In this document: positions 1 through 12,738 of the stretch, one piece after another
How the letters are laid out: every line of letters begins with the position of its first letter
Position numbering within the stretch: position 1 is the first letter of the stretch
Notes under the pieces: model-generated
The model's database searches: none
What the model saw: the letters and a program-made list of their open reading frames with translations, nothing else
Told to the model about the DNA's origin: nothing
Translations under genes and position numbers: made by a program
Assembly (NCBI GenBank): GCA_038087875.1
Contig: CM075994.1
Span: 9,798,001 to 9,862,000, forward strand
Origin: Malacoraja senta
Taxonomy: Eukaryota
Direction of reading: 5' to 3'
Length of the DNA stretch: 64,000 bases

Positions 1-90
1 GTGTACACTAAGACCAGCTGTGTGATTACTGAACCAACTGATGTGCTTATTACTTACTCCGCCGAGCTGACACATTTGGAGGTGGAGGAT

Positions 91-3000
91 AAATGCGTGG
101 CTGAGGAACTGGCGCAGCGGGCAGGGATTCAAATCTCTGGATCATTGGAACCTCTTTTGGGGAAGGTGTGACCTGTACAGAAAGGACGGGTTGCACTTGA
201 ACCCGAGGGGGACCAATATCCTGGCGGGGAGATTTGCAAAGGCTACTGGGGAGACTTTAAACTAGAACGGTTGGGGGGAGGGACTCGAATAGAGAAAGCT
301 AGTGGACAATGTGGGAGGCAGGAGGCAGAGAAGGGAAGCACTCGGACCAAACATGTAGGGGAGAAAGAAGAAAAAGATAATAAACAGAGAATAAGTGGTG
401 GTGGGTTTCTTAAATGTATATATTTTAATGCTAGGAGCATTGTAAGAAAGGTGGATGAGCTTAGAGCCTGGATTGACACCTGGAAGTATGATGTTGTGGC
501 GATCAGTGAAACATGGTTGCAGGAGGGCTGTGATTGGAAACTAAATATTCCAGGATTTCGTTCCTTCAGGGGTGATAGAATTGGAGGGGCAAGAGGTGGG
601 GGTGTTGCATTGCCTGTCAAGGAAGATATTACAGCAGTGCTTTGGCAGGATAGATTAGAGGGCTCGTCTAGGGAGGCTATTTGGGTGGAACTGAGAAATG
701 TGAAAGGTGTAGCAATACTTATAGGGGTGTATTATAGACCGCCAAATGGGGAGCGAGAATTGGAAGAGCAAATATGTAAGGAGATAGCAGATATTAGTAG
801 TAAGCACAAGGTAGTGATCGTGGGAGATTTCAATTTTCCACACATAGACTGGGAAACACATGCTGTAAAAGGGCTGGATGGTTTGGAGTTTATAAAATGT
901 GTGCAGGATAGCTTTTTGCAGCAATACATAGAAGGGGCAGTGCTGGACCTCCTGTTAGGAAATGAGACATGGCAGGTGGCGGAGGTAAGCGTCGGGGAGC
1001 ACTTCGGGTCCAGTGATCAGAATACCATTAGTTTCAATATAATTATGGAGAGGGTCAGAACTGGACCTAGGGTTGAGATTTTTGATTGGAGAAAGGCTAA
1101 CTTTGAGGAGATGCGAAAGGATTTAAAAGGAGTGAATTGGGACATGTTGTTTTATGGGAAGGATGTAGAAGAGAAATGGAGGACATTTAAAGGTGACATT
1201 TTAAGAGTACAGAATCTTTATGTCCCTGTTCGGTTGAAAGGATATAGTAAAAATTGGAAAGAGCCATGGTTTTCAAGGGAAATTGGACACTTGGTTCGGA
1301 AAAAGAGAGAGATCTACAATAATTATAGGCAGCATGGAGTAAATGAGGTGCTTGAGGAGTATAAAGAATGTAAAAAGATTATTAAGAAAGAAATTAGAAA
1401 AGCTAAAAGAAGATATGAGGTTGCTTTGGCAAGTAAGGTGAAAGTAAATCCAAAGGGTTTCTACGGCTATATTAATAGCAAAAGGATAACAAGGAATAAA
1501 ATTGGTCCATTAGAGAGTCAGAGTGGACAGCTATCTGCAGAGCGAAAAGAGATGGGGGAGATATTGAACAATTTCTTTTCTTCGGTATTCACCAAGAAGA
1601 AGGATATGGAATTATGTGAGGTAAGGGAAACCAGCAGAGTAGCAATGGAAACTGTGAGATTCAAAGAAGAGGAGGTTCGGTCACTGTTGAAAAATATGAA
1701 AACGGATAAGTCTCCAGGTCCTGACAGGGTATTCCCTAGGACATTGAGGGAAGTTAGTGTAGAAATAGCAGGGGCTATGACAGAAATAGTTCAAATGTCA
1801 TTAGAAACGGGAATAGCCATTTGTGATCAATGTCAATCTCATGAAGCTACTATAGCGCACTCATTTGTTTTCTGTACAAAAATTCAAAAATTTTGGATTG
1901 AAATTTTTGAAATCTTTACAAAATTATTTAAAATAAAACTGATACCCAAAGCAGAATGGATAACCTTCGGAACAACGGAAGATAGTCCAGAACTAAATGT
2001 GTTCCAAAAGAAATTAATAGACTATGGGTTATTAACTGGAAAAAAGTTAATCCTAAAATTCTGGAAAAACGCTCCAATACCAACTATAAACATGTGGATT
2101 TCAAATATGTTCGAAACATTACACCTAAAAGAGATAAGACTCCTCCTGGCAGGTAAACCAGATCATTTCCACCTGACGTGGTCTGCATTTATAGAATTAT
2201 TACAAGTATAGGGTGCAAAAGTACTTAAAAAAAAATAAAACTGAGGTAAGGTAAAGGGGGGGATGAAAGCTGGAGAGTTGGTATATCCCATTTGCGTGAT
2301 GCTTTCAACAAAGTATTTGTTTTTCTCTTTTCCCTCTTTCTCTCTTTTCTTCTTTTTTAGGGTCACTTCTTAATTCTTTTTTTTTTAAATTTCTTTCTTA
2401 TAGGGTCTTTGTTCTTTTTTGTTATCACGTTTTTTACACTTTCACTATTTTCCTTCACTTTCTCCTTTCTCTCAATCTCATCCTTTCCCATTATTAGTGT
2501 AAAAAATGACGGAGTACATTAATTGTAATAAGAGATACGTGACGAGTACTAATGTAATTGGTTGTAATGTAATGTACTTCTAATAAATAAAAAGAAAAAA
2601 AAAGAAGAAGAAAAAAGAAACGGGAATAGTGCCGGAGGATTGGCGTACTGCGCATGTTGTTCCGTTGTTTAAAAAGGGTTCTAAGAGTAAACCTAGCAAT
2701 TATAGACCTGTTAGTTTGACGTCAGTGGTGGGCAAATTAATGGATAAGCAGGGTCTGATTAGGAACAGACAACATGGATTTGTGCCTGGAAGGTCATGCT
2801 TGACTAATCTTCTTGATTTTTTCGAAGAGTTTACTAGGGAAATTGATGAGGGTAAAGCAGTCGATGTTGTCTATATGGACTTCAGTAAGGCCTTTGACAA
2901 GGTTCCTCATGGAAGGTTGGTTAAGAAGATTCAATTGTTGGGTATTAATGGTGGAGTAGCAAGATGGATTCATCAGTGCCTGAATGGGAGATGCCAGAGA

Positions 3001-4090
3001 GTAATGGTGGATGGCTGTTTGTCAGGTTGGAGGCCGGTGACTAGTGGGGTGCCTCAGGGGTCTGTGTTGGGTCCACTGTTGTTTGTCATGTACATCAATG
3101 ATCTGGATGATGGTGTGGAAAATTGGATTAGTAAGTATGCAGATGATACCAAGATATGTGGTGTTGTGGATAATGAAGTAGATTTTCAAAGTCTACAGAG
3201 AGATTTAGGCCATTTGGAAGAGTGGGCTGAAAGATGGCAGATGGAGTTTAATGCTGACAAATGTGAGGTGCTACATCTCGGCAGGACAAATCAAAATAGG
3301 ACGTACATGGTAAATGGTAGCGAATTGAGGAATGCAGTTGAACAGAGGGATCTAGGAATAACTGTGCACAGTTCCCTGAAGGTGGAATCTCATGTAGATA
3401 GGGTGGTAAAGAAAGATTTTGGTGTGCTGGCCTTTATAAATCAGAGCATTGAATATAGAAGTTGGGATGTAATGTTAAAATTGTACAAGGCATTGGTGAG
3501 GCCAATTCTGGAGTATGGAGTACAATTTTGGTCGCCTAATTATAGGAAGGATGTCAACAAAATAGAGAGAGTACAGAGGAGATTTACTAGAATCTTGCCT
3601 GGGTTTCAGCAACTAAGTTACAGAGAAAGGTTGAACAAGTTAGGTCTTTATTCTTTGGAGCGCAGAAGGTTAAGAGGGGACTTGATAGAGGTCTTTAAAA
3701 TTATGAGCGGGTTAGACGGAGTGGACGTGGATAAGCTTTTCCCATTGAGAGTAGGGAAGATTCAAACAAGGGGACATGACTTGAGAATTTAGGGGTAACA
3801 TTAGGGGGAACTTCTTTACTCAGAGAGTGGTAGCTGTGTGGAATGAGCTTCCAGTGGAAGTGGTGGAGGCAGGTTCGATGTTATCCTTTAAAAATAGATT
3901 GGATGGGTATATGGACGGGAAAGGAATGGAGGGTTATGGTCTGAGTGCAGGTAGATGGGACTAAGGGGAAGTAAAAATATAAAAAATAAAAATTAAAAAA
4001 ATAAAAATAAGTGTTCGGCACGGACTTGAATGGCCGAGATGGCATGTTTCCATGCTGTGATGGTTATATGGTTATATGGTTATATGGTTA
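91..4090 (+). mobile_element. CR1-clade LINE (family A), 5'-truncated: ORF1 C-terminus, ORF2 APE endonuclease and RT, (TGGTTATA)n tail; interrupted by an L1 fragment
   Basis: ORF1 end (DGLHLN...ETLN*) at ~91-265. APE motifs YFNARS, SETWL, GVYYRPP, VGDFNFP in 271..2211. RT motifs GVPQGSVLGP, YADD in 2629..3792. 8-mer tail at ~4060-4090. A homologous copy lies at 39838-42779. Confidence 0.95.
1817..2615 (+). mobile_element. 5'-truncated L1-clade LINE 3' end (CCHC C-terminal domain, 3' UTR, poly-A) with 14-bp TSD
   Basis: TSD AGAAACGGGAATAG at 1803-1816 and 2616-2629. Encodes CDQCQSHEATIAHSFVFC. AATAAA and A-rich tail at 2582-2615. Target TT|AGAA resembles the L1 TT|AAAA preference. Confidence 0.92.
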
Positions 4091-4101
4091 TTTGCCAACA
4101 G

Positions 4102-4144
4102 CAACCTGCAAAAACCAACGGCCCAATAACTGCAATGGACAAAC
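4102..4144 (+). CDS. Weak candidate internal exon of an unidentified host gene (QPAKTNGPITAMDK)
   Basis: Unique sequence between repeats, with ccaacag acceptor and gttcgt donor; open frame. No homology recognised. Confidence 0.2.
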
Positions 4145-4221
4145 GTTCGTCGGGAAGGAACTGCAGATGCTGGTTTAAACCGAAGATAGACACAAAATGC
4201 TGGAGTAACTCAGAGGGACAG

Positions 4222-4684
4222 GTACACACACGCAAACACACGCAAACTCACACACACACACACAAAAGATACACACACATATATACACACACACATACAC
4301 ACACATATACACACACATATACGCACACATATATACGCACACATATACACACACACATACACACACATACATACATATACACACACACAGATATACACGC
4401 ACATATACACACAAACACATACACATAAACATACACACATACATACACACACACATACGTACGCACATACATACACACATATACATACACACAGATATAC
4501 ACGCACATATACACACAAACACATACACATAAACATACACACATACATACACACACGTATACACACATACATACATATACACACACGCATACATACATAT
4601 ACACACGCACACATATATATACACACATGCATACACGCATACAAACACGTATGCACGCACACATACATATGCACACACACATAA

Positions 4685-4717
<33 letters not shown>

Positions 4718-4740
4718 TACATATACACACACGTATACAA
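4222..4740. repeat. Compound (CA/TA)n microsatellite
   Basis: Direct inspection; it generates the spurious His/Thr and Cys/Val ORFs. Confidence 0.97.
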
Positions 4741-4844
4741 ATCAAACAATAATAGTGCAAAAAATGACAATATCAATGTTAAAACCTTTGGTTTTAATGC
4801 TAAATGCTAAAACCATTGGCAAAACCAAAACTATATACATTAGT

Positions 4845-5125
4845 AGTTCAGTTAAGAGATACAGTGCAGAGGCAGGCCCTTCGGCCCACTGAGTTCATGC
4901 TGACCCCGCACACTAACACTATCCTATACACACTAGGGACAATTTAAATTTTTACCGAGCCATTTTTAACCTATAAAGCTGCACGTGTTTGGCATGTGGG
5001 TGGCAACCAGAGCATCCGGAGAAACCCCACGCGAAAACTCACGGGGAGAACGTACAAACTCCATACAGACAGCACCCGTAGTCAGGATCGAACCCGGGTC
5101 TCTGGCGCTGTGAGGCAGCAACGCA
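4845..5125 (-). mobile_element. tRNA-derived SINE (antisense)
   Basis: Reverse complement of the SINE at 13775-14085 (B-box-like GGTTCGATCC, CR1-like 3' tail). Confidence 0.85.
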
Positions 5126-5264
5126 TTCATGTATCAATTTGTTACTCTGTATCGTGTTGTTTTAAACCACAATTCAACTCCACATCAAAGGATAGACACA
5201 AAATGCCGGAGTAACTCAGCGAGTCAGGCAGCATCTATGGGGAGAAGGAATGGGTGATGTTTCA

Positions 5265-5297
5265 CAGTCTGAAGAAGGGTCTCGATCCGAAACGTCG
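5265..5297 (+). ncRNA. Minimal hammerhead-ribozyme-like motif (Penelope terminal repeat)
   Basis: CAGT CTGAAGA A GGGTCTCGATCC GAAAC GTC: CUGANGA core, stem II, GAAA, palindromic ACGT in place of helix III. Confidence 0.55.
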
Positions 5298-5473
5298 CCC
5301 ATACCTTCTCTCCGGAGGTGCTGCCTGCCCCGCTGAGTTACTCCAGCTTTTTGTGTCTATCTTCGGTGTAAACCAGCATCTGCAGTTCCTCCCTACGTCA
5401 AAGAAAATGAGGTAGACACAAAATGCTGGTGAAGCTCAGCGGGTGAGGCAGCATCTATGGAGCGAAGGAAAAG

Positions 5474-5507
5474 GTGACGTTTCGGGTCGAGACCCTTCTT
5501 CAGACTG
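5474..5507 (-). ncRNA. Minimal hammerhead-ribozyme-like motif (Penelope terminal repeat)
   Basis: Minus strand CAGT CTGAAGA A GGG TCTCGA CCC GAAAC GTC AC, immediately 3' of the GIY-YIG coding region. Stem I is only ~2 bp. Confidence 0.6.
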
Positions 5508-5944
5508 ATGTGGGCGTGGGGGTGCGGGAAGAAGAAAGGAAGAGGCGGAGACAGTGGGCTGTGGGAGAGCTTGGAAGGGGAGGGGAAGGAGGGAGAAAGC
5601 AAGGACTAACTGAAATTGGAGAAGTCAATGTTCATACCACTGGGGTGTAAACTACCCAAGCGAAATATGAGGTGCTGCTCTTCCAATTTGCGGTGGGACT
5701 CACTCTGGCCATGGAGGAGGCCCAGGACAGAAGGGTCGGATTCGGAATGGGTGGGGGAGTTGAAGTGCTGAGCCACCGGGAGATCAGGTTGGTTAGTGCG
5801 ATAGAACTGAGTGGAGGTGTTGGGCGAAGCGATCGCCAAGCCTGCGCTTGGTCTCACCGGTGTAGAGCAGCTGACACCTAGAGTAGCGGATGCAATAGTT
5901 GAGGTTGGAGGAGGTGCAGGTGAACCTCTGCCTCACCTGGAAAG

Positions 5945-5983
5945 CAAACGAGGACCACTTTAAGAAACTCTTGCACTCCCATT
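5945..5983 (+). CDS. Weak candidate internal exon of an unidentified host gene (NEDHFKKLLHSH)
   Basis: 39-nt unique stretch ending in a strong GTAAGT donor; the acceptor is weak and lies in Penelope sequence. Confidence 0.25.
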
Positions 5984-6344
5984 GTAAGTGTGTGGGTGTG
6001 GCTGCAGTTAATGAGAATGAATTGATCTGGGTTAACACTCACTAACACACACACACTCGCACATAGTGTGAGTTGAGAGCTTCGGTCTGCAATGCTTGTA
6101 AGGAAGATGTTAGGATGTTAAATGTTGTCAGTGCTTCAATTTGTTCCAGCCTACTCTGGAAGTTGTCAAGGGTTTTGAGGTTTCATTTGAAGGGGATTTT
6201 TTATTTCAAGGACTTTATTAGGGGGTCTTTTTTAAAGGGGAGTCTTGAAGTTTTACTTTAACACCGCGAGTCTGTGGCGACCAGCAGTCATTCTTGCAGG
6301 TGTGGTTTTGAATTCTGGATATTTTTGAGAGTTGCAAAGTTTTT

Positions 6345-6875
6345 AATTTTCAAATATTCTGAACTTTTTTTTATTGAAAATTCTGAATTTTAAATTCTGA
6401 ATTTTAAATTCTGAAGTTTAAAACAAAATTCTGAAATTTTAAATGTTTTACATTCTGAAGTCTAAAAAAATGCATTTGTTTAAAACAAAAAACTTTATTT
6501 CATTAGTTTTAACATTTTAAATTCTGAAGTTTTAAATTCTGAAGTTTAGAAAAAAAATTCATTTGTTTAAAACAAAAACAAACAATTAATTCGTTTTAAC
6601 GTTTTAAATGCTGAAGTTTGAAAATAAAAATTCATTTGTTTAAAACAAAAATAAATATTTCATTAGTTTTAACATTTTAAATTCTGAAGTTTGAAATTCT
6701 GAAGTTTGAAAAAGATATATAATTTGTTTAAAACAAAAAACTTCATTAGTTTAACATTCTAAATTCTGGTGTTTAACATTCTAAATTCTGACGTTTTTTT
6801 AAAAAATTTCATTCGTTTAAAACACCAAAAAAAAAATTCATTCATTTTAACATTTTAAATCCTGAGTTTTAAAAT
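6345..6875. repeat. Degenerate AT-rich tandem repeat (AATTCTGAA / TTTGTTTAAAACAAAA units)
   Basis: Recurrent ttttaaattctgaag and atttgtttaaaacaaaaa blocks. Confidence 0.8.
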
Positions 6876-7163
6876 GTGTTTAGTAATCACTAGTTTCCAC
6901 GTGTGCATGAGTTCTAGCCTACATACTCGCTGATACCACAGATTCACAACTCACTGGGTGAAAATGTTTTTCCTCATCTCAGTCCTAAATGGCCGACCCC
7001 TTATACTTTAACTGTGATTGTAAGTAAGCTTTGTGGTGTGAACACTCCTTGTTAGTGTTGCAATTTGCACCACTTACCCTGCAAGCAGATTTCAATCAAA
7101 TCAATTGTGTGAATTATCTGCAGCCTCTCTGGATCCTATTCAATCTCGTTCCTGTCTCCTGAC

Positions 7164-7681
7164 TAGGGTCGCCAACGTTCTCACTCCCAAATAAGGGACA
7201 AAAGGTCAAAATATGGGACAAATTCCTCACGGCAATTTGTTGACCGACTCGGCCGTGGCTGGGTGAATGGTGAGTTGGCCCCGGGTGCTGGACTGCACAC
7301 AAAGCCCAGCCGGCGGGCCAGCTGAGGAGTTTTGGCCCGGGGGCCGCGCGCAAAGACCGGCGCCCCGTCCAACTCACGATGAACCGATGATCAGCCATGA
7401 GGAGGAGGGGTGGTGGTGGTGTCGGCGGTCAGCGAAGGACCGAAGGTCGGACAACTGGCCGGGCTGCCGACCGACCGACGGGGCCACGGGCGAGGCGCTG
7501 CTGTTGCTGCACTCCATGGGCTGCACTACATCGGGACGGGAGAGGCGGGGCCTGGACGTTGCGCTCCGACCCGACAGTCCCCTCGACCCGAGTTGTAGCA
7601 GTCAAATACTGGACAAGGGCGAAACCAATTTAGCCCAATATACGGGATGTCCCGGCTAATACGGGACAGTTGGCAACCCTA
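7164..7681. mobile_element. Non-autonomous DNA transposon, probably hAT (MITE-like)
   Basis: TIRs TAGGGTCGCCAAC / GTTGGCAACCCTA (12/13 match); degenerate 8-bp TSD CTCCTGAC vs CTTCTGAA. Confidence 0.75.
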
Positions 7682-7689
7682 CTTCTGAA

Positions 7690-8400
7690 ACCTATGCCCT
7701 CTGCTTCTTGACTTCCCCTGCCAAGGGCAATGGGGTTTGTACATTCAACCTTTCTATTCCCCTCATGATCTTACACACCTCTATAAGATCACTCCTCAAT
7801 CTCCTGCGCTCCAAGGAATACACAATAGGTGCAGGAGGAGGCCATTCGGCCCTTCGAGCCAGCACCGCCATTCATTGTGATCATGGCTGATCGTCCCCAA
7901 TCAATAACCCGTGCCTGCCTTCTCGCCATATCCCTGGATTCCACTAGCCCCTAGAGCTCTATCTAACTCTTTCTTAAATCAATCCAGTGATTTGGCCTCC
8001 ACTGCCCTCTATGGCATGGAATTCCACAAATTCACAACTCTCTGGTTGAAAAAAAATTCCCACCTCAGTCTTAAATGGCCTCCCCTTTATTCTAAGACTG
8101 TGGCCCCGGGTTCTGGACTCGCCCAATATTGGGAACATTTTTCCTGCACCTAGCTTGTCCAGTCCTTTTATAATTTTATATGTTTCTATAAGATCCCCCC
8201 TCATCCATCTATACGCCCAGCCGCTCCATTCTCTCAGCATATGACAGTCCCGCCATCCCGGGAATTAACCTTGTGAACCTACGCTGCACTCCCTCAATAG
8301 CAAGAATGTCCTTCTTCAAAATAGGAGACCAAAACTGCACACAATACTCCAGGTGTGGTCTCACTCGGGCCCTGTACAACTGCGGCATGTCCAAACCCTT
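7690..8400 (-). mobile_element. Cluster of CR1 3'-end fragments
   Basis: Translations RPHLEYCVQFWSP, RGDLIETYK, SRTRGHSLRI. Confidence 0.85.
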
Positions 8401-11400
8401 AATCTTATATAGAAACATAGAAACATAGAAAATAAGTGCAGGAGTAGGCCATTCGGCGCTTCGAGCCTGCACCGCCATTCAATACGCCTTCTCTCCACAC
8501 CCCCTGATCCCTTTAGCCACAAGAGCCACATCTAACTCCCTCTTAAATATAGCCAATGAACTGGCCTCAACTGCCTTCTGTGGCAGAGAATTCCACAGAT
8601 TCACCACTCTGTGTGTGAAAAATGTTTTTCTCATCTCGGTCCTAAAAGACTTCCCCCTTATCCTTAAACTGTGACCCCTTGTTCTGGACTTCCCCAACAT
8701 CGGGTACAATCTTCCTGCATCTAGCCTGTCTAACCCCTCAAGAATATTGTAAGTTTCTATAAGATCCTCCCTCAATCTTGTAAATTCTAGCCAGTATAAG
8801 CCGAGTCTATCCAATCTTTCTTCATATGAAAGTCCTGCCATCCCAGGAATCAGTCTGGTGAACCTTCTCTGTATTCCCTCTATGGCAAGAATGTATTTCC
8901 TCAGATTAGGAGACCAAAACTGTACGCAATACTCCAGGTGTGGTTTCACCCAGACCCTGTACAACTGCAGTAGAACCTTCCTGCTCATACTCAAATCCTT
9001 CTGCTATGAATGCTAACGTACCATTCGCTTTCTTCACTGCCTGCTGCACCTGCATGCCTATTGTCAATGACTAGTGTACCATGACACCCAGGTCTCGTTG
9101 CATCTCCCCTTTTCATAATCGGCCACCATTCAGATAATAGTCTACTTTCCTGTTTTTGCCACCAAAGTGGATAACCTCACATGCATCTGCCATGCATTTT
9201 CCCACTCACCCAACCTATCCAAGTCACCTTGCAGCCTCCTAGCATCCTCCTCACAGCTAACACTGCCCCCCAGCTTCGTGTCATCCGCAAACTTGGAGAT
9301 GTTGCATTCAATTCCCTCATCCAGATCATTAATATATATTGTAAATAGCTGGGGTCCCAGCAATGAGCCTTGCGGTACCCCACTAGTCACTGCCTGCCAT
9401 TCGGAAAAGGACCCGTTTACTCCTACTCTTAGCTTCTTGTCTGCCAGCCAGTTATCTATCCACATCAATACTGAACCCCCAATACCGTGTGCTTTAAGTT
9501 TGCATACTAATCTCTTATGCGGGACCTTGTCGAAAGCCTTCTGAAAGTCCAGATATAGCACATCCACTGGTTCTCCCTTATCCACTCTACTAGTTACATC
9601 CTCGAAAAATTCATGAGATTCGCCAGACATGATTTACCTTTCATAAATCCATGCTGACTTTGTCCAATCATTTCATCACTTTCCAAATGTGCTGCTATCC
9701 CATCTTTAATAACTGACTCCAGCAGTTTCCCCACTACCGATTTTAGACTAACTGGTCTGTAATTCCCTGTTTTCTCTCTCCCTCCCTTTTTAAAAAGTGG
9801 GGTTACATTAGCTACACTCCAATCCTCTGGAACTACTCCAGAATCTAAAGAGTTTTGAAAAATTATCACTAATACATCCATTATTTCTGGGACTACTTCC
9901 ATAAGTACTCTGGAATGCAGCCTATCTGGCCCTGGGGATTTATCGGCCTTTAATCCATTCAATTTACCTAACACCACTTTCCGGCTAACCTGGATTTCAC
10001 TCAGTTCCTCCATCTCATTTGACCCCCGGTTCCCTGCTATTTCCGGCAGATTATTTGTGTCTTCCTTAGTAAAGACAGAACCAAAGTAGTTATTCAATTG
10101 GTCTGCCATGTCCTTGTTCCCCATGATCAATTCACCTGTTTCTGACTACATGGGACCTACATTTGTTTTAACTAATCTTTTTCTCTTCACATATCTATAA
10201 AAACGTTTGCAGTCAGTTTTTATGTTCCCCGCCAGTTTTCTTTCATAATCTATTTTCCCTTTCCTTAATAAGCCCTTTGTCCTCCTCTGCTGGACTGAAT
10301 TTCTCCCAGTCCTCTAGTAGGCTGCTTTTTCTGGCTAATTTGTATGCGTCATCTTTTGTTTTGATACTATCCCTGATTTCCCTTGTTATCCATGGATGCA
10401 CTACCTTCCCTGATTTATTCTTTTGCCAAACTGGGATGAACATTGTTGTTGTTCATCCATGCAGTCTTTAAATGCCTTCCATTGCATATCCACCGTCAAC
10501 CCTTTAAGAATCAATTGCCAGTCTATCTTGGCCAATTCACATCTCATACCCTCAAAGTTACCTTTCTTTAAGTTCTGAATCATTGTTTCTGAATTAACAA
10601 TTTCACTCTCCATCCTAATGAACTCAACCATATTATGGTCACTCTTGCCCAAGGGGCCACGCACAACAAGACTGCTAACTAACCCGTCCTCATTACTCAA
10701 TACCCAGTCTAGAATAGCCTGCTCTCTCGTTGGTTCCTCTACATGTTGGTTTAGAAAACTATCCCGCATACATTCCAAGAAATCCTCTTCCTCAGCACCC
10801 TTGCCAATTTGATTCACCCAATCTATATGTAGATTGAAGTCACCCGTTATAACTGTTTTACCTTTGTTGCACGCATTTCTAATTTCCTGTTTGATGCCAT
10901 CCCCAACTCCACTACTACTGTTAGGTGGCCTGTACACAACTCCCACTAGCGTTTTCTGCCCCTAGTGTTTCGCAGCTCTACCCATATCAATTCCACATCC
11001 TCCAAGCTAACGTCCTTCCTTTCTATTGCGTTAATCTCCTCTCTAACCAGCAACGCTACCCCACCTCCTTTTCCTTTCTGTCTATCCCTCCTGAATATTG
11101 AATATCCATGGATGTTCAGCTCCCAGCCTTGGTCACCCTGGAGCCATGTCTCCGTGATCCCAACTATATCATATTCATTAATAACCATCTGCGCATTCAA
11201 CTCATCCACCTTATTACGAATGCTCCTTGCATTGAGACACAAAGCCTGCAGGCTTGTTTTTACAACACTCTTACCCTTATATAATTATGTTGAAAAGTGG
11301 CCCTTTTTGATTTTTGCCCTGGATTTGTCTGCCTACCACTTTTACTTTTCACCTTGCTACCTATTGCTTCTACCCTCATTTACACCCCTCTGTCTCTCTG

Positions 11401-11425
11401 TTCTTGCACCCACCCCCCTGCCACA

Positions 11426-12373
11426 TTAGTTTAAATCCTCCCCGACAGCAGTAGCAAACACTCCCCCAAGGACATTGGTTCTATTCCAGCCCAGGTGCAG
11501 ATCGTCCTGTTTGTATTGGTCCCACCTCCCACAGAACTGGTTCCAATGCCCTAGAACTTTTAATCCCTCCCCCTTGCACCATTTTTCAAGCCACGTATTC
11601 ATCTGCATTATCCCCCTATTCCTACTCTGACTAGCACGTGGCACTGGTAGTAATCCAGAAATTATTACCTTTGAGGTCCTACTTTTAAATTTATCTCCTA
11701 GCTCCCTAAATTCACCTTGTTGGACCTCATCCCGTTTTTTACCAATATCGTTGGTGCCAATGTGCACCACGACAACTTGCTGTTCACCCTCCCTCTCCAG
11801 AATGTTGTGCAGCCGTTCAATGACATCCTTGACTCTTGCACCAGGGATGCAACATACCATCCTGGAGTCTCGTTTGCGGCCGCAGAAACGCCTATCTATT
11901 CCCCTTACAATTGAGTCCCCTATTACTATAGCCCTTCCACTCTTTTTCCTTCCCTCCTGTGCCGCAGAGCCACCCATGGTGCCATGAAGTTGGCTGCTGC
12001 TGCCTTCCCCTGATGAGCCATCTCCCCCATCAGTATCCAAAATGGCATATCTATTTAGGAGGGAGATGACCGCAGGGGACTCCTGCACTACCTGCCTATT
12101 GCTACGCTGGCTAATGGCCACCCGTTCCCTTTCTGTCCGCTTAACTTTTACCTGCGGTGTGGCCAACTCACTGTACGTGCTATTCACGACATTCTCAGCA
12201 TCGGGGATGCTCCAGTATGAATCCAACCGCAGCTCCAACCGTTCAATGCGGTCTGCCAGGAGCTGCAGCTGGACACACTTCCTGCAAACGTAGTCACCAG
12301 GGACACCGACCATATCCTTGATCTCCCACATGTTGCAGGATGAGCAAACCATGGGGCCGATCTCAACTGACAT
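11426..12373 (-). CDS. CR1 ORF1p: N-terminal Cys zinc finger / leucine zipper plus SGNH (GDSL-like) esterase domain, 315 aa
   Basis: CSSC...YVCRKC, heptad leucines, GDSIVRG, HIGTND, DDLHL motifs; uninterrupted from ATG to stop. Confidence 0.9.
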   Translation of the reverse strand: MSVEIGPMVCSSCNMWEIKDMVGVPGDYVCRKCVQLQLLADRIERLELRLDSYWSIPDAENVVNSTYSELATPQVKVKRTERERVAISQRSNRQVVQESPAVISLLNRYAILDTDGGDGSSGEGSSSQLHGTMGGSAAQEGRKKSGRAIVIGDSIVRGIDRRFCGRKRDSRMVCCIPGARVKDVIERLHNILEREGEQQVVVVHIGTNDIGKKRDEVQQGEFRELGDKFKSRTSKVIISGLLPVPRASQSRNRGIMQMNTWLEKWCKGEGLKVLGHWNQFCGRWDQYKQDDLHLGWNRTNVLGGVFATAVGEDLN

Positions 12374-12449
12374 GGCTTGCCCCCAAATTAAATCAACTCC
12401 CTCACACTATAAAAATCTTAATCCTTTAAACTGGACCTTCACTAAAAAG

Positions 12450-12738
12450 CACTGTACCTGAACTCACTGTCCCCTTAACTCACTATCCCCTTAACTCACT
12501 GTACCCCTTAACTCACTGTCCCCTTAACTCACTGTCCCCTTAACTCACTGTACCCCTTAACTCACTGTACCCCTTAACTCACTGTCCCCTTAACTCACTG
12601 TACCCCTTAACTCACTGTCCCCTTAAGTCACTGTACCCCTTAACTCACTGTCCCCTTAACTCACTGTCCCCTTAACTCACTGTCCCCTTAACTCACTGTC
12701 CCCTTAACTCACTGTCCCCTTAACTCACTGTACCCTTA
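12450..12738. repeat. 16/17-bp tandem array (TAACTCACTGT(A)CCCCT)n
   Basis: About 17 near-identical head-to-tail units upstream of CR1 ORF1. Confidence 0.95.

Larger units (their letters stand above)
5190..5945 (-). mobile_element. Penelope-like element remnant: GIY-YIG endonuclease C-terminus plus direct and inverted terminal repeat pieces
   Basis: Minus-strand translation FTCTSSNLNYCIRYSRCQLLYTGETKRRLGDRFAQH...VAQHFNSPTH...LEEQHLIFRLGSLHPSGMN is typical of the Penelope GIY-YIG domain. Terminal repeat segments occur in both orientations. Confidence 0.88.

Noticed and set aside
12450..12738. Regular short repeats as a CRISPR array
   Set aside because: Units are head-to-tail with no unique spacers, there are no cas genes, and the context is eukaryotic.
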